Shown here one piece after another: positions 51,919 through 63,031 of a stretch of 64,000 nucleotides of DNA (its first letter is position 1; every line of letters begins with the position of its first letter). The notes under the pieces were generated by a model. The model worked only from the letters and a program-made list of their open reading frames with translations. It was not told the DNA's origin and made no database searches. Location: NCBI GenBank assembly GCA_963841435.1, contig CAWJCS010000004.1:544001-608000 (forward strand), in the 5' to 3' direction. The DNA comes from an uncultured delta proteobacterium (GTDB lineage: Bacteria; Myxococcota_A; Polyangia; Polyangiales; Polyangiaceae). Position numbers and translations under genes: made by a program.

Positions 51919-53841
51919 ATGTCGGTGGAAACGAACCTTGCCGTGAATCACACAAGGCTCAGGAGGATCCGCGCCGCGATCATCCTTGCCGTGCTGCTTG
52001 CTCCGGCCGTGCACTATCTCGCACTCGGCACAGAGGTGCCCGAGGGCACGTTCTTCCTCCTCAGTCGGCTGGACGGCTCCGTTGCCGCGCAGGATCCGGC
52101 AAATTTGGCGTATTCCCTGGCCCGGCCGCCGGTCTTCTCCCTCATGGAGTGGACGTTCTGGTTTCCGCTCGCGTACATCGCCGTCGGCTACGCCGCGCAC
52201 GCGTTGCTCCAGCTCGTCATGGTTTGGCTGGTGTGGCTCGGGGCTGGTGAAGGCGAAACGCTCGACCCCGAAGCGCGGCTGCTCTCTGCGGCGGCGCTGG
52301 CCCTCGTGGCGTTCCCGGTGCTCCACCTCCTGCGCCTCGACGATCGCGGCATGTCCCTCGTGCCTCATGACGCGTGGGAGGTGTTTTCCCACAGGACGCT
52401 TTTCTGGTGCCTCTCGGCGGTCGCAACCGGCGCGCTTGCGCTCGGCAAGACGCGCGTGGCGGTGTGGGTCACTGCCCTCAGCTGCTACATGCACCCGACC
52501 GCGGGCGTGTTGAGCTTCGTCGTGGTGGGGTCGATCGTGGTGGTCCAGGCGCTCCAGGCGCGCCGGTGGGTCATGCTGCTCGAGGTCGGTGGGGCATTTT
52601 TGGTCGGGCTTGCGCCGGCCCTGGTGAAACAGCTCGAGCGACTTCCAGCGGTGTTGAGCCGGCCCGTCTCCTCCGGAGCCTGGTATTCCGCGATGATCAA
52701 GGACGAAGCGGACGACTTTTCGTTCTTGTATCAGCTTCTCTACCGGCTTCCGCTCTGCGCGACGATAGGCGCGGTGATCCTGATCGCGCTCGTCGCCTAC
52801 GCGCTCCTGGTGCCCAAGTTTCACCGACGCCCGATGTTCTGGGCGGCGCTCCTACCCCCCGTTCTCTTCGCGCTCGGTGCGGTGGTCGAGCGCACGCTCG
52901 TCGTGGCCTACCCGACGCCACTCACGTTGCCGCTCGTGGCGCTCACGCCCGGCTACCGGTTGCCGAGCTACTCGTGCTTTCCGCTGTTGGTTCTCGCGGG
53001 CGGTGTCGTCGCGCGATTCTCCAACGTGGCGCGTGCGCGCTTTGGGACCCGCCTGCCGGTCTTCGAGGGCGCACGGCGTCTGATGATCGCCGCGGCCGTC
53101 GTCGCTCTCGGGTGGGGCCTGTTTCTCGTCAGCTCGCGCGGGCACGCTCGGCCCGCGCTCCGTTTCGCCCGCTGGGCCATCTCGGCGGGCAAGCTCGACG
53201 GGATCGAGCCTTACCTCGTTGCGGCGCAAGCGGCCGGGATGAACGATTTCAAGACCCCAGCGATCTTCACCCACGAGGGGCCCTACGTCCTTTACCCCGG
53301 GGAGCGCAATCTCGCCGTGATTCAACGCCTCGACGCGGGCCAACCGCCGGGCGAGCGAGACCGAGCAGCACTCGCGAGTGTGACCGCGGAAAGCTTCGCC
53401 GAGATCGTGCGGATGATCCGAGCGCGGGTCAAACCCGGAGACGGCCTGTTTGTGCCGCCGTACCTCTATTATTTCCGCGATGCATTGATCAACTACCCGA
53501 TCGTCCTCCAGGAGCACCACGACGGCAACGTGATGATGGGCGGGCCCGGCCTGTTCGGCTTCTTCGGCCCGCGCATGGTCAACGTGATGGGGTTCGACTA
53601 CGAGGGCATGCCGAGCCAGCACTCGCACCGCAACTTCAGTGCGATGCGCGAGGCGTTCCTGAGTATCGATGGCAAAAAGGCTCGCTCGCTCTTCGCCCGG
53701 TACCCCGCCTACCCGTACTTCGTGACCGAAGCACGACACTCGCTGCCGTTTCGCGCCGTCGCGAGGAACGGCGCTTTCGTCGTGTACGACCTCGCGGCGC
53801 CGCTCGAAGCCAGCGCGGGTGCGAGCGCGCCTCGGCGGTAG
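51919..53841 (+). CDS. Multi-pass membrane protein (GT-C/polymerase-like)
   Basis: Many TM segments, YMHPT motif, periplasmic C-terminal domain. Confidence 0.6.
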   Translation: MSVETNLAVNHTRLRRIRAAIILAVLLAPAVHYLALGTEVPEGTFFLLSRLDGSVAAQDPANLAYSLARPPVFSLMEWTFWFPLAYIAVGYAAHALLQLVMVWLVWLGAGEGETLDPEARLLSAAALALVAFPVLHLLRLDDRGMSLVPHDAWEVFSHRTLFWCLSAVATGALALGKTRVAVWVTALSCYMHPTAGVLSFVVVGSIVVVQALQARRWVMLLEVGGAFLVGLAPALVKQLERLPAVLSRPVSSGAWYSAMIKDEADDFSFLYQLLYRLPLCATIGAVILIALVAYALLVPKFHRRPMFWAALLPPVLFALGAVVERTLVVAYPTPLTLPLVALTPGYRLPSYSCFPLLVLAGGVVARFSNVARARFGTRLPVFEGARRLMIAAAVVALGWGLFLVSSRGHARPALRFARWAISAGKLDGIEPYLVAAQAAGMNDFKTPAIFTHEGPYVLYPGERNLAVIQRLDAGQPPGERDRAALASVTAESFAEIVRMIRARVKPGDGLFVPPYLYYFRDALINYPIVLQEHHDGNVMMGGPGLFGFFGPRMVNVMGFDYEGMPSQHSHRNFSAMREAFLSIDGKKARSLFARYPAYPYFVTEARHSLPFRAVARNGAFVVYDLAAPLEASAGASAPRR

Positions 53842-53878
53842 CTTCGCGTAAAGGCCGGGCGCGCCGACGTACGCGGGC

Positions 53879-55189
53879 TCAGCTCGCCGAACTGCCGGCC
53901 GGCTCGGTGGCGGGCGCGGCGGAGGCAGCGCTCGCGGCACCGAGGACGATGCGATCGCCATCGACGTGCACGGGGTAGGTCTTGAGCTGCTTGAGGGCCT
54001 GGCAGGGGCTCGATCCCGACTGCATGTCGTAGGGGAGGTTATGCCACGGGCAGCGAATGCGCTGTCCCTCCACGTAGCCGAGGGACATATCGGCACCCTC
54101 GTGCGTGCAGCGGCGGCCGAAGGCGACCAGCGAACCGTCGGCAAGCCGTGCCACGCAGGTCGCCGTGTCAACGGCTCGGATCTCGCCGGGGCGAAGCGAG
54201 CTCGCGGAAAGGGGATCCTGCGCGGTCGGTGCGACGGGCGCCACGTCGGCGCTCGACGTGGTGCGGGCGCCGATGGCGCGGCGCACCAGAGTGCGCGCTT
54301 GACGCAGGCGAGTGCGAAAGTGCGTCACCGCGAGGCTCGCCGGGATCTCGCTGACGAAGCTCAGCGGGCCCGTGGCGAGCGGGCCGACGGCGAGCGGCGA
54401 ATACGCGTACATCTGCAAGTGGGTGTCGGCGAAACGCGGGCGGTCGAGCGTCAGCCGGAAGCTGACGACGTGCCGCGTCGAGTCGGTGTGGTTGACGACG
54501 GAAGCGTGGAGCTGGTCGCCGTGAAAGACCAGCGCGTCGCCTGGCTCCATGGCGACGTTCGTGGGCACGCCGGGACGCTGATCCGAGCGGATGTGGCAAC
54601 CGTTGCGCACGATGGGCGCCTCGTAGCTCTCGGGGTAGATGAGCAATCCGTTGCCGGTATCGACTCGGCCGAGCGCGACCCAGATGTTCACCGAGTTCAG
54701 CGGGCAGTCGAGCCAGCTGTCGCGATGGGGCCCGTGCGCGGTGATCTTGCCGTCGCCCCGCTTCTTACCGAATTCCTTGTAGGCTTGCTTGTGCGCCGCC
54801 GCTGCGTCGAAGGGGATGTGGAAGCGGATGTTCGGGAAGCGCTCGAAGTAGAAGGGCGCGTCGCTGCCGAAGATGCGAGGCACGGCGCGCCGCAGCAACG
54901 AGGGTGCCATGCGCAGTGCCTCCACGTAGACGGCTTCCGTCAGAGCGGGGATCGAATTGCCAGGCACGATCTCGTGCAGGCGTTCGAAACCGAGCTCGCG
55001 AACCCGCGCCGCAATTTCCGGTCCGAGCGCCTTGTCGATGCCGCGCAGACTGCCTTCGACCATGTCGTCGAAGACCCCTGTCCGCTGCATGGCGCCGCGT
55101 ATCACGAAATATTCGCCTGCGAGCACGCGGCTCCGAAGGTTCTCGCCCGGTCCTGGAAGGTCTTTGAGCTCGACTAGTGAGGCCGTCAT
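53879..55189 (-). CDS. PhyH-like 2OG-Fe(II) dioxygenase fused to a C-terminal Rieske 2Fe-2S domain
   Basis: PHRDSW...NIWVAL...FHGDQLHAS...R; CTHEG...CPWH. Confidence 0.85.
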   Translation of the reverse strand: MTASLVELKDLPGPGENLRSRVLAGEYFVIRGAMQRTGVFDDMVEGSLRGIDKALGPEIAARVRELGFERLHEIVPGNSIPALTEAVYVEALRMAPSLLRRAVPRIFGSDAPFYFERFPNIRFHIPFDAAAAHKQAYKEFGKKRGDGKITAHGPHRDSWLDCPLNSVNIWVALGRVDTGNGLLIYPESYEAPIVRNGCHIRSDQRPGVPTNVAMEPGDALVFHGDQLHASVVNHTDSTRHVVSFRLTLDRPRFADTHLQMYAYSPLAVGPLATGPLSFVSEIPASLAVTHFRTRLRQARTLVRRAIGARTTSSADVAPVAPTAQDPLSASSLRPGEIRAVDTATCVARLADGSLVAFGRRCTHEGADMSLGYVEGQRIRCPWHNLPYDMQSGSSPCQALKQLKTYPVHVDGDRIVLGAASAASAAPATEPAGSSAS

Positions 55190-55335
55190 GGAGTTTGCAA
55201 AGTGGGTGTCCCGAGCCAGGTTGCGAAAGGTACCCGGTGGCCGCGCTCGCGGCAATCGACCACCGATGACTTCGCGCTCGGTTGCGCGGCCCCACGAGGG
55301 ACCGCTCTACTCGGGCTGGAAAAACCGGTGCCGGG

Positions 55336-57156
55336 TTACTGGGCGGCGAGTACCCGGAAGAACGCCGCGTGCTGCCCGTTGATCTGCTTGTCGTAGCTAC
55401 CGGTCGAGGGAAACGGGTCGAGATTCCAGACGGCGCCCACCACCCCCCAGAGCCCCTCCGAGTTCACGGCCGTGCTGCGGTTGGCGTATTCGCCGGGGAT
55501 CCCGTCGTACGAAACGTACTTTCGCTGGGATAGATCCGCGGACATGACCACGAGAAAGCCTTCGCGGCTGCCGATGTGGCTCGAGACGAGCGCTCCGGGT
55601 GTGACCGGCAGGTCGCTCGAGTTGGTGGAACCCGTGATGTAGATGTCGCCGCCGGGACCGATGTCAACGCCCTCGGCGGAGTCCGCCTTGTCACCACCTA
55701 GCTGGGTGCTCGAAAGCATGCTCGCCCCGTCCGGTGCGACGATCGTGACCACGAGGTCAGCCGCGCTCGCGTGCGGGCTCGAATCGGTCACCGGGTAGTC
55801 CGTCGAGTTGCTGCCGGCGGCGATGACGGCGTTTCCGTCCTTGTCGATCGCGAGGGAATGCGTGTCCATGCCCTCATCACCACTTCCTCCGAGGTACGTG
55901 CAAAAGACCATCGAGCCGCTCGGGCTGAACTTGGCCAGGAGCAGGTCGCTGCCGCCGCCGGAGCTGCGCTGGAAAGCTCCGCTCGTGGTCGGCGCTCCGG
56001 CGCCTGGCTCGACGAACAGCGCGAAGGCGGTTCCGTCAGGCAGGACGCGCACCGACGGGTTGCTGCTGTAGTACCCGTTCGAGTCGTTGCCGCCGAGGTA
56101 GGTGCCGTATTCGACCGCGCTGCCGTCGGCCGAGATGCGAGCAAAGAAGGAATCGTAGTCGCCGCGCCGCGTGCTTTGCGCAGCGCCACTCGTCACGTAC
56201 TGGTCCATGTCGCTGCCGTTGATGGAGCTTGCGACCACGTAGATGCGCTTCTGGCTGTCGATGTCGATGTCCCGGATGAAGCCGGGGCCCGACTCACCGA
56301 AGTACGTCGACCAGATCAACGTGGAGCCATCGGCGCTCAGCTTGGAGACGAATCCGTCCTGGCTGCCGTAGGGCCCGTTGGGGGCGCTGTCGCCAGCGAA
56401 GGCCGTCTGGAGAGCGCCGGAGGTCGTGGGAAATCCTCGTCCCGCGCGACCCGCCACGTAAACGTCGTGCGAGGCGTCAACTTCGACGCCGTAGATCCGG
56501 TCGTAGTTGGGCCCGCCGAGATAAGTCGACCAAACCACTTTGCCGTCCGCGTCGAATTTCGTGATGAAGCCGTCGGTGTCGCCCTGCGTGCCGAGCTCGT
56601 TCCCGCCGGTGTTGTAGCTCGTGTCGTAGGCGCCGCTGGTGACGGGGAAGTCGGGCGACGATGTGCCGCCGACGACGTACATGGATCCCTGGTCGTCGAA
56701 GACGACGTCTCGAGCCATCTCCCAGGCCGTCGAGTTCCCATCGAGCAGGCCCGCTCTCAGGACCGAGAAGGTCAGCCCCGAGCCACCGCTCGTCCCGGCG
56801 CTGCCTCCCGACCCGCCGTTTCCGCTTGCCGACGAGCCTGCGCTGCCGCCGCTGGTGCCGCCCGTGCTGCCGCCCGTGCCGGCGGCGTCCGCACCAGCTT
56901 CGCCAGTGTCGTTGCCACTGCCGCCCGCTCCGCCGCCTCCGGTCGTCGTACCCGACGAGCCGCCCGTGCCTCCGCGGCCCGCGCTCCCGCCGCTCGATCC
57001 GCCCGATCCGCCCGATCCGGCGTTGCCACCCGTGGCGCCGGCGCCGCAATTCGCGCCGGTGCACGACGTGGCCGGTTTGACCGAGTCTCCGGAGCCGCAC
57101 GCACCGACGACGACGACGAGCCCCGCGAACCCCAACGTGAGAGCCTGAACTCGCAT
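55336..57156 (-). CDS. SBBP-repeat beta-propeller lipoprotein
   Basis: VGAC lipobox; repeated YVVGGTSSPDFPVT and WSTYLGG motifs. Confidence 0.85.
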   Translation of the reverse strand: MRVQALTLGFAGLVVVVGACGSGDSVKPATSCTGANCGAGATGGNAGSGGSGGSSGGSAGRGGTGGSSGTTTGGGGAGGSGNDTGEAGADAAGTGGSTGGTSGGSAGSSASGNGGSGGSAGTSGGSGLTFSVLRAGLLDGNSTAWEMARDVVFDDQGSMYVVGGTSSPDFPVTSGAYDTSYNTGGNELGTQGDTDGFITKFDADGKVVWSTYLGGPNYDRIYGVEVDASHDVYVAGRAGRGFPTTSGALQTAFAGDSAPNGPYGSQDGFVSKLSADGSTLIWSTYFGESGPGFIRDIDIDSQKRIYVVASSINGSDMDQYVTSGAAQSTRRGDYDSFFARISADGSAVEYGTYLGGNDSNGYYSSNPSVRVLPDGTAFALFVEPGAGAPTTSGAFQRSSGGGSDLLLAKFSPSGSMVFCTYLGGSGDEGMDTHSLAIDKDGNAVIAAGSNSTDYPVTDSSPHASAADLVVTIVAPDGASMLSSTQLGGDKADSAEGVDIGPGGDIYITGSTNSSDLPVTPGALVSSHIGSREGFLVVMSADLSQRKYVSYDGIPGEYANRSTAVNSEGLWGVVGAVWNLDPFPSTGSYDKQINGQHAAFFRVLAAQ

Positions 57157-57516
57157 GTGAAAGTTACTCCTGTGCCCCTAGGCTAGCCCGGCGCCCGTCC
57201 GATGTCACACACGATCGCAGCGCTCGCCACCGGCCGCGCGGGTGCAACGCTCCGGCATTCCACCGTGCTTCGAACGCGTGTCTCGCTTTTCGACACCGCG
57301 GTGCCGTCGAAGCTCTGCCGCCCCGGTCCAGCGCGGCGGCAGAGTCGTGCGCTGTCCCGCACGACGCGGAGAGGCTCGGCGCCGCGCCGCACGACACCTG
57401 CGCGCCGTGCGGTGCTAGATGGCGGCGACGTCGTGTCGCAAGTGCGGACGCCACGTACGGCCGGGCAGCGGCTTGACTGGTAGCGCGCGAGCGTGCTCGA
57501 ACTGGAGCCTGTGACG

Positions 57517-59301
57517 ATGACGGAACCCCGTGCCCGCGGGCGCGCACGACGCCGAGCTTCGCTCGCGGTGTTCGGGCTGCTGGTCTTCCTGAGTAGCGTG
57601 AGCCTCTATTTCTCGGACCAGCGGCTGCTGTCCGATCGCACGCGCTTGCTGACGCTGCTCGTGTTCGCGCTCTTGGCCTGGTTCTTTGCACCGCCCGAGC
57701 GGCTACTGACAGCGCTGACGCGTCTCGCCCGCTGGATGGTCGTTCGAGAGCGCGTCGTCGTACCTGCGCTCGCCGTCTTCGCCAGCGCGTCGGCGGCTGC
57801 GGCCTGTCTGTGCATCCTCGAGCCGATGCCGCACGTCGCCGACGAGCTTGCCTACTTGTTCCAGGCGAAGGTGTTCGCCTCCGGGAACCTCGCCGTGCCG
57901 ACCCCCTCGATGCCCGAGTTCTTCACGGCGCACTGGGTCATCCCATGGCGCGGACAACGCTTTTCCCTTTTTCCGCCGGGCTGGTCCGGCTTGCTCGCGG
58001 CCGGCGTTCTGGCGGGCGCTCCGTGGCTCGTCAACCCGATCATCAGCGGCCTTTGTATCCTTGCCGTGCATCGCCTGGCACGGCAGCTCTTGGGGCCGCC
58101 GAAGGCGCTCGCCGTGGTTGCGCTCTGCGTCGTTTCGCCCTTCTTCGTGTTCATGGGCGCAAGCTTCCTGTCGCATCCGGCCTCTCTCCTTTTCACGACG
58201 CTGTCGGTGCTGTTTGCGTTGGAGGGAACCCGCCAAGGTCGCTTGCTGAAGTTCGTCGTCGCGGGCCTGTGCGCGGGGGTCGCGTTCCTGATAAGGCCGC
58301 TCGACGCGGTGGTGATCTGGGCCGTGACGGCTGCCACCCTCCTCTGGACGCAGCGAACGCGCGCGCAGCTCTTTCGTACGTTGCTTTTCGCGGTCCCGCT
58401 CGCCTTGGCGGGCGTCGCTTTCATTGCCTACAACCACGCCCTGAGCGGCGATTTTCGGACCTCGCTCGTCACGCTCGACTCGTCGCGCAACCGCATAGGG
58501 TTCGGGTCGGGTGTCGGTCTCTCCTGGGCCGGCTTCCCTTCGCTGGGGCACACGCCTTACCGCGGGCTCTTGAATCTCAACCACAATATGGCGGTTCTGG
58601 GCATCGACCTGTTTGGTTGGCCGGTGTCCTCGTTGTGGCCCGCGTTCGTCGCCGTGATCTGGGGCTTTCGTAGCGAGGCGATTCGTCTGGCGACCGCGAT
58701 CTGCGCCGGCCTGGCGTTCGCGTACCTTTTTTACTGGTACCACGGCGTCTGCTTTGGCGCGCGCTTCTACTTCTCGGCGTTGCCGTTCGTTTTGATGCTG
58801 ACCGTGGAGGGGCTAGCGCGGGCTCAGGCGGTCGTCTTCGCCAATGTCGCTCCCTGGCGCGGGCGACACTTCCACGTCGCCACATTCGCGGCGCTCTGCT
58901 TCGGGTTCTCGGCGCTCGTTTACGTGCCGACGCTCGGTTTCGTCGAGGCTCATCCCGACCAGCGCGGTGTCACGAGCGACTTGGAGCACTTCGTGCGCGA
59001 GCAACAGATCGACCGCGGGCTCGTCTTCGTGGGTCCGGGCCTTTACCTCTACTTGCCGGCGTTCGGGCGGAACGAGCTCGACCCGCTCACGAGCCCGGTG
59101 GTGTACGCGCTCGAGCGCGGGCCGGACGACCAGAGACTGGCGAGTGCGCTCCCCCAGCTGCCCGTTCACCATTTCACCCACCACCCGCCCGCTAGCGCGC
59201 TCTCACCCCTGGCGCGGCGCGTGCTGCACGAGGGCTACGTGCGGCGCGGCATCGAGCGCGTCCCAATCCCGGGTCGGCTGCGCGCGCTGTTCCGTCCGTG
59301 A
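57517..59301 (+). CDS. GT-C (ArnT/PMT-like) membrane glycosyltransferase
   Basis: PHVADELAYLFQA, FPPGWS, FLSHP, LIRPLD, FGARFY. Confidence 0.8.
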   Translation: MTEPRARGRARRRASLAVFGLLVFLSSVSLYFSDQRLLSDRTRLLTLLVFALLAWFFAPPERLLTALTRLARWMVVRERVVVPALAVFASASAAAACLCILEPMPHVADELAYLFQAKVFASGNLAVPTPSMPEFFTAHWVIPWRGQRFSLFPPGWSGLLAAGVLAGAPWLVNPIISGLCILAVHRLARQLLGPPKALAVVALCVVSPFFVFMGASFLSHPASLLFTTLSVLFALEGTRQGRLLKFVVAGLCAGVAFLIRPLDAVVIWAVTAATLLWTQRTRAQLFRTLLFAVPLALAGVAFIAYNHALSGDFRTSLVTLDSSRNRIGFGSGVGLSWAGFPSLGHTPYRGLLNLNHNMAVLGIDLFGWPVSSLWPAFVAVIWGFRSEAIRLATAICAGLAFAYLFYWYHGVCFGARFYFSALPFVLMLTVEGLARAQAVVFANVAPWRGRHFHVATFAALCFGFSALVYVPTLGFVEAHPDQRGVTSDLEHFVREQQIDRGLVFVGPGLYLYLPAFGRNELDPLTSPVVYALERGPDDQRLASALPQLPVHHFTHHPPASALSPLARRVLHEGYVRRGIERVPIPGRLRALFRP

Positions 59302-59318
59302 GCGCGCCTGGCGCCCGC

Positions 59319-60701
59319 TCACTTCCACGCGGCGATCTGCTCGGGCGTGAGCGCATAGCGAGTGCCTTCCAGCACTTCGGGCACCATGCCGTCGTCGGTG
59401 GCCTCGTGCACCCACTCCCAGACCGTCCGCCCCGTCGGGTCAACCTCGAGCACGTGGCCGCGCCGTGCCTCCGTGATCAACAGATTGCCATTCGGTAGGT
59501 CCTGTACCTTGCCGCCCCACTGTGTGTAGAAGGGCTGTGAGAGATCCGGCGGGTAGATGCGCCGCCTGGCTTGGCTGCCCGTGTCGACGCCGACGAGCCG
59601 CGTCGGACCTAGGATGTCGCCCGTTTCGGTGCCATCGTTGCGGTTGTCGAACACGCGGATCCACCCGTCGCCGATGAAGTCAACGTCGTGCTGCTTGACG
59701 AAGCCGCTCGTGGTCCACTTGAGGCGTCCCGTCTCGTGATCGATGAGCATCACCGTGTGCACCGTACGGGCCGAGACCATGAGGTCGCCGGCCGCGAAGC
59801 TCGGGTACGTTGGGGCGAGCTCCGGTAGCAGGGGCTGCACGTCGTTCGTGTGCAGGATATCGTCCGTGACGCGCCCACCCGTGCGCCAAAAGAGCGACTG
59901 CTCGCCAGCATCGTAGAGCGCCTTGGTCACGCTGATGCTCTTCAGGATCTTACCGTCGCCCGAGATCTTGACGGCGTAATCCTCGACGACCGGTGCCTTC
60001 AGGCCGGGGAACGCCTTGAGTCGGCGTGCTCCGTCGGGCGTCTCCTCGATCCAGTCCATGCTGCAGACCCAGAAGTTACCGTCGGCGTCGCGCTCGACGG
60101 AATGATGGGCCCGGATCGGCAACTTCCAGAGGATCTTTCCCTTGGCGTTCATGCGAGCGACGGTCAGGTACTCGACGTTGAAGATCACGTCGCCGTTGTC
60201 GAATAGGTAGCTGCCGTGCACGTAGTTGTCCGACTTGTTTTTCGTGCCCGCGACGTGGTCGTGGTACGGAGACTCGGGCCAGATCGCGGCAGGGTCGGTG
60301 GGCCACTCGTGCAGCACCTTGCCGTGCGCGTCGAGTAACCGGATGGCGGGCTTGTAGCCGTTCGGTCCGAGCCAGGAGCTCGTCACCAAGGTCACGCCCG
60401 GCGCCATCTTCGCCGCGTCGACGATGCGGGCACCGGCGAATCGGTAAAACACCGGGGTCAGATTGTGCGGCTTCTTCGCCTGCTTCAGTGCGTCGTACTC
60501 GGCGTAGGCGCGCAGGAATACGGAATACGGAAAGCGCCGATGCCCGCCGATCCACATGCCGATGCCGAAGACCAGCAGCAGAACCGAGCCGCCGAAGGTC
60601 AACAGCGACATCCGATCGGTGAGCGGCTTGCGTTGCGGTGCCTTCGACGCCGGAGGCGCCTCGTCGGACGCCGGGGGCGGCTCGGGTCTCTCCGTGCTCA
60701 T
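59319..60701 (-). CDS. Arylsulfotransferase (ASST) family protein
   Basis: HHS, DILHTNDV, QHDVDF, FDN, LPNGNLLITE. Confidence 0.8.
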   Translation of the reverse strand: MSTERPEPPPASDEAPPASKAPQRKPLTDRMSLLTFGGSVLLLVFGIGMWIGGHRRFPYSVFLRAYAEYDALKQAKKPHNLTPVFYRFAGARIVDAAKMAPGVTLVTSSWLGPNGYKPAIRLLDAHGKVLHEWPTDPAAIWPESPYHDHVAGTKNKSDNYVHGSYLFDNGDVIFNVEYLTVARMNAKGKILWKLPIRAHHSVERDADGNFWVCSMDWIEETPDGARRLKAFPGLKAPVVEDYAVKISGDGKILKSISVTKALYDAGEQSLFWRTGGRVTDDILHTNDVQPLLPELAPTYPSFAAGDLMVSARTVHTVMLIDHETGRLKWTTSGFVKQHDVDFIGDGWIRVFDNRNDGTETGDILGPTRLVGVDTGSQARRRIYPPDLSQPFYTQWGGKVQDLPNGNLLITEARRGHVLEVDPTGRTVWEWVHEATDDGMVPEVLEGTRYALTPEQIAAWK

Positions 60702-62020
60702 GGCGCCGCCTCGGGGCAAGCAGTGCGTTGCTTACCCCGGAAGGGGTCGCCAGCGCTGAGCGGCAGTCGCTGCACTTCCTCCACGAGGCCCACTTGACTC
60801 GGACCGATGCGGTTCACGTATTGCCAGACGATCTCGCCGTCCGGCGCGACCTCGATCGCGCGCCCGCCGAACGATTCGGTGAGCAACAGGTCCCCGTTCG
60901 GCAACAGCTGCTGCTTGCCCATCTTGTAGGTGAAAAACGGGTGCTCGGCGGTGCCCTCGAATGCCACCGTGAGGCGGTTGCCGGGCATGCTGATCCGGAC
61001 GATACGGCTCGAGCCACGCTTGGAGGTCGGCGCGACGTTGTTGTTGTCGAAGACCGAGATCGTGTTGCCGTCCACGAAGTCCGGGTCGTGCTGCGCAACG
61101 AGCTGTCCCACCGACTTGAACTTGAGGCGCAGGGTCCGCGGGTCGAAGACGAGCACCGAGTGAACGTCTCGCAACGAGATCATGATGTCGCCCGGCTTGA
61201 AGTAGCCAGGCTCGAGGCGCTTCGGGAACACCTCGACGTCGTTCAAGTGCAGCGGGTTGCCGCTGATGCGCGGGGACGCCACGAACGGCGCGCGCACGAG
61301 CAAGAGTCCCCCGAGGCCGTTCTCGCGCAGGACGTCGAGCACGGAGATCTCCACGTAGGACTCGTCCTTCCTTGGACACCTGCAGGATGAGCGGCTCCAC
61401 GAAGGGAGGTTCGTAGCCCGGCAGCCAGTCGATGGGCGACGTGCGTTCGCGGTGTGCCGGGATCCAGAGCGTGCCGTCGTCGTCTTCCGTGATGGCGTGA
61501 TGCGTGCGGTAGGGAAGGCGCCACACCGTCCGACCGCACGGGTCGAGACGCAGCAACGCCAGGTTCTCGAAGCTGAAGATGATGTCGCCGTTCTTCGCGA
61601 GGAAGGCGCCGTGAACGTGCGTGCCGGGCTCCGACTTGGGCCGTAGCGATTCCGGGATGTGGCGAGCGTCGGGCCAGAGCTTGAACCAGTCGGGGTTCCA
61701 CTCGTGAATGACCTGCCCTGCCATGTTGACGAGCTTGACGGACAAGCGATCGTTCGCGACGACCGAGGTGACGAGGTTGAGACCGGCGGCTGCGCGTGCG
61801 ACGGCCTCGGGTCCAGGGTTGGCGAGCACCTTGGGTCCGGGCAAATAGTAGATGGGCTCTTTGAACAGCGACGCGAGCGCGTCTCGCGCGCGGTCGATTT
61901 GGCGGGACGGGAAGAGGTGCGCCCCGGCCGAGTAATAGCCGTACGCGAACGCGATCACGCCGAGCCCGAGCACGAAGGCCACACGGGACAGGCGCTCGAG
62001 GCTCAGTAGGTTGACGACTC
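60698..62020 (-). CDS. Arylsulfotransferase (ASST) family protein, frameshift near 61355; start approximate
   Basis: HHAI in one frame; PLHLNDV, QHDPDF, FDN and LPNGDLLLTE in the next. Confidence 0.75.
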
Positions 62021-62229
62021 GAGACAAGGTAAGCCCAGCAAGTAGAGAAACCGGCGCGTATGCACCCCTACCGCGCCGCAGGAACCAGGTCAATCCGCCC
62101 GCGGCCTTGGCGCGCTGCGCTTCCCGCCGCGTTGGGGCGGCCTTCGTCGGGCGCTCTTCTTCACGCCGACTGCGCGCGCGAGCGCACGGCCCTTTCCGGG
62201 GAGCGAGGATTCGTGCGACCATCGCCGCC

Positions 62230-62616
62230 GTGCATCTCCAAGACTTGGCGATTCTCAAAGGCCTCGTCGCCGTCGCCTGGGCGGACGGCCGTATCAGCTC
62301 GGAGGAGTCCGAGATCCTCGCGAGCTTGAGCGACGCTTTCGGCGCCACGCGCACCGAGCGGAGGGAGCTCGAGCTCTTCGCGAAGGAACGCCGCACGCTC
62401 GAGGACGTCCCCATCCACGAGCTCAGCTACGACGACCGACGAGTGCTCCTTCAGCACGCCGTCTTGCTCTCGTTCGTGGACGGGGAGCAGCACGAGCGGG
62501 AAAAGGCGCTGCTCGACGAGCTCTGCGAGCGGCTGCGCATTCCGGCCGTCGAGGCCCGAGGCATCGTGAGCGCCGCCGAAGAGCGCGCGCGAAGCTCGCT
62601 CAAGCTGCTCAGCTGA
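62230..62616 (+). CDS. TerB-like protein
   Basis: LVAVAWADGRISSEE...SFVDGEQHERE. Confidence 0.75.
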   Translation: MHLQDLAILKGLVAVAWADGRISSEESEILASLSDAFGATRTERRELELFAKERRTLEDVPIHELSYDDRRVLLQHAVLLSFVDGEQHEREKALLDELCERLRIPAVEARGIVSAAEERARSSLKLLS

Positions 62617-62659
62617 GGTGCCCCCGGCGCGCGACGCGAACGATCTTTCGGCGCGCGCG

Positions 62660-63025
62660 TCAGCTCGCGGCAAGCCGATCGATCTCTTTGAGCAGCGCGA
62701 TGGGGCTGAACGGCTTGGTGTAGAAGGCGCTCGCGCCGGCCTCAGTGGCTCGCCTTCGCGAGCCATCGTCGTCCATCGCGGTAATGACGACGATCGGGAT
62801 CTTTTGCGTTTGGGGATCCGCGCGAAGACGTCGGCATACCTCGAACCCGTCGTATTGGCCGGGCATCATCAGATCGAGAAGCACCAGATCGGGGGGATCC
62901 GTCGAGGCAACGTCGATCGCCTTCGCGCCGGATGCCACGGCCGTCACCTTGTACCCGCGTCCCTGCACGAGCGCCTCGATCATGCGGCGAATCGAGTCCT
63001 GGTCTTCGACCACGAGAATACGCAT
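62660..63025 (-). CDS. Single-domain response regulator
   Basis: ILVVED, LLDLMMP, ITA, TKPF. Confidence 0.92.
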   Translation of the reverse strand: MRILVVEDQDSIRRMIEALVQGRGYKVTAVASGAKAIDVASTDPPDLVLLDLMMPGQYDGFEVCRRLRADPQTQKIPIVVITAMDDDGSRRRATEAGASAFYTKPFSPIALLKEIDRLAAS

Positions 63026-63031
63026 CCGTTC

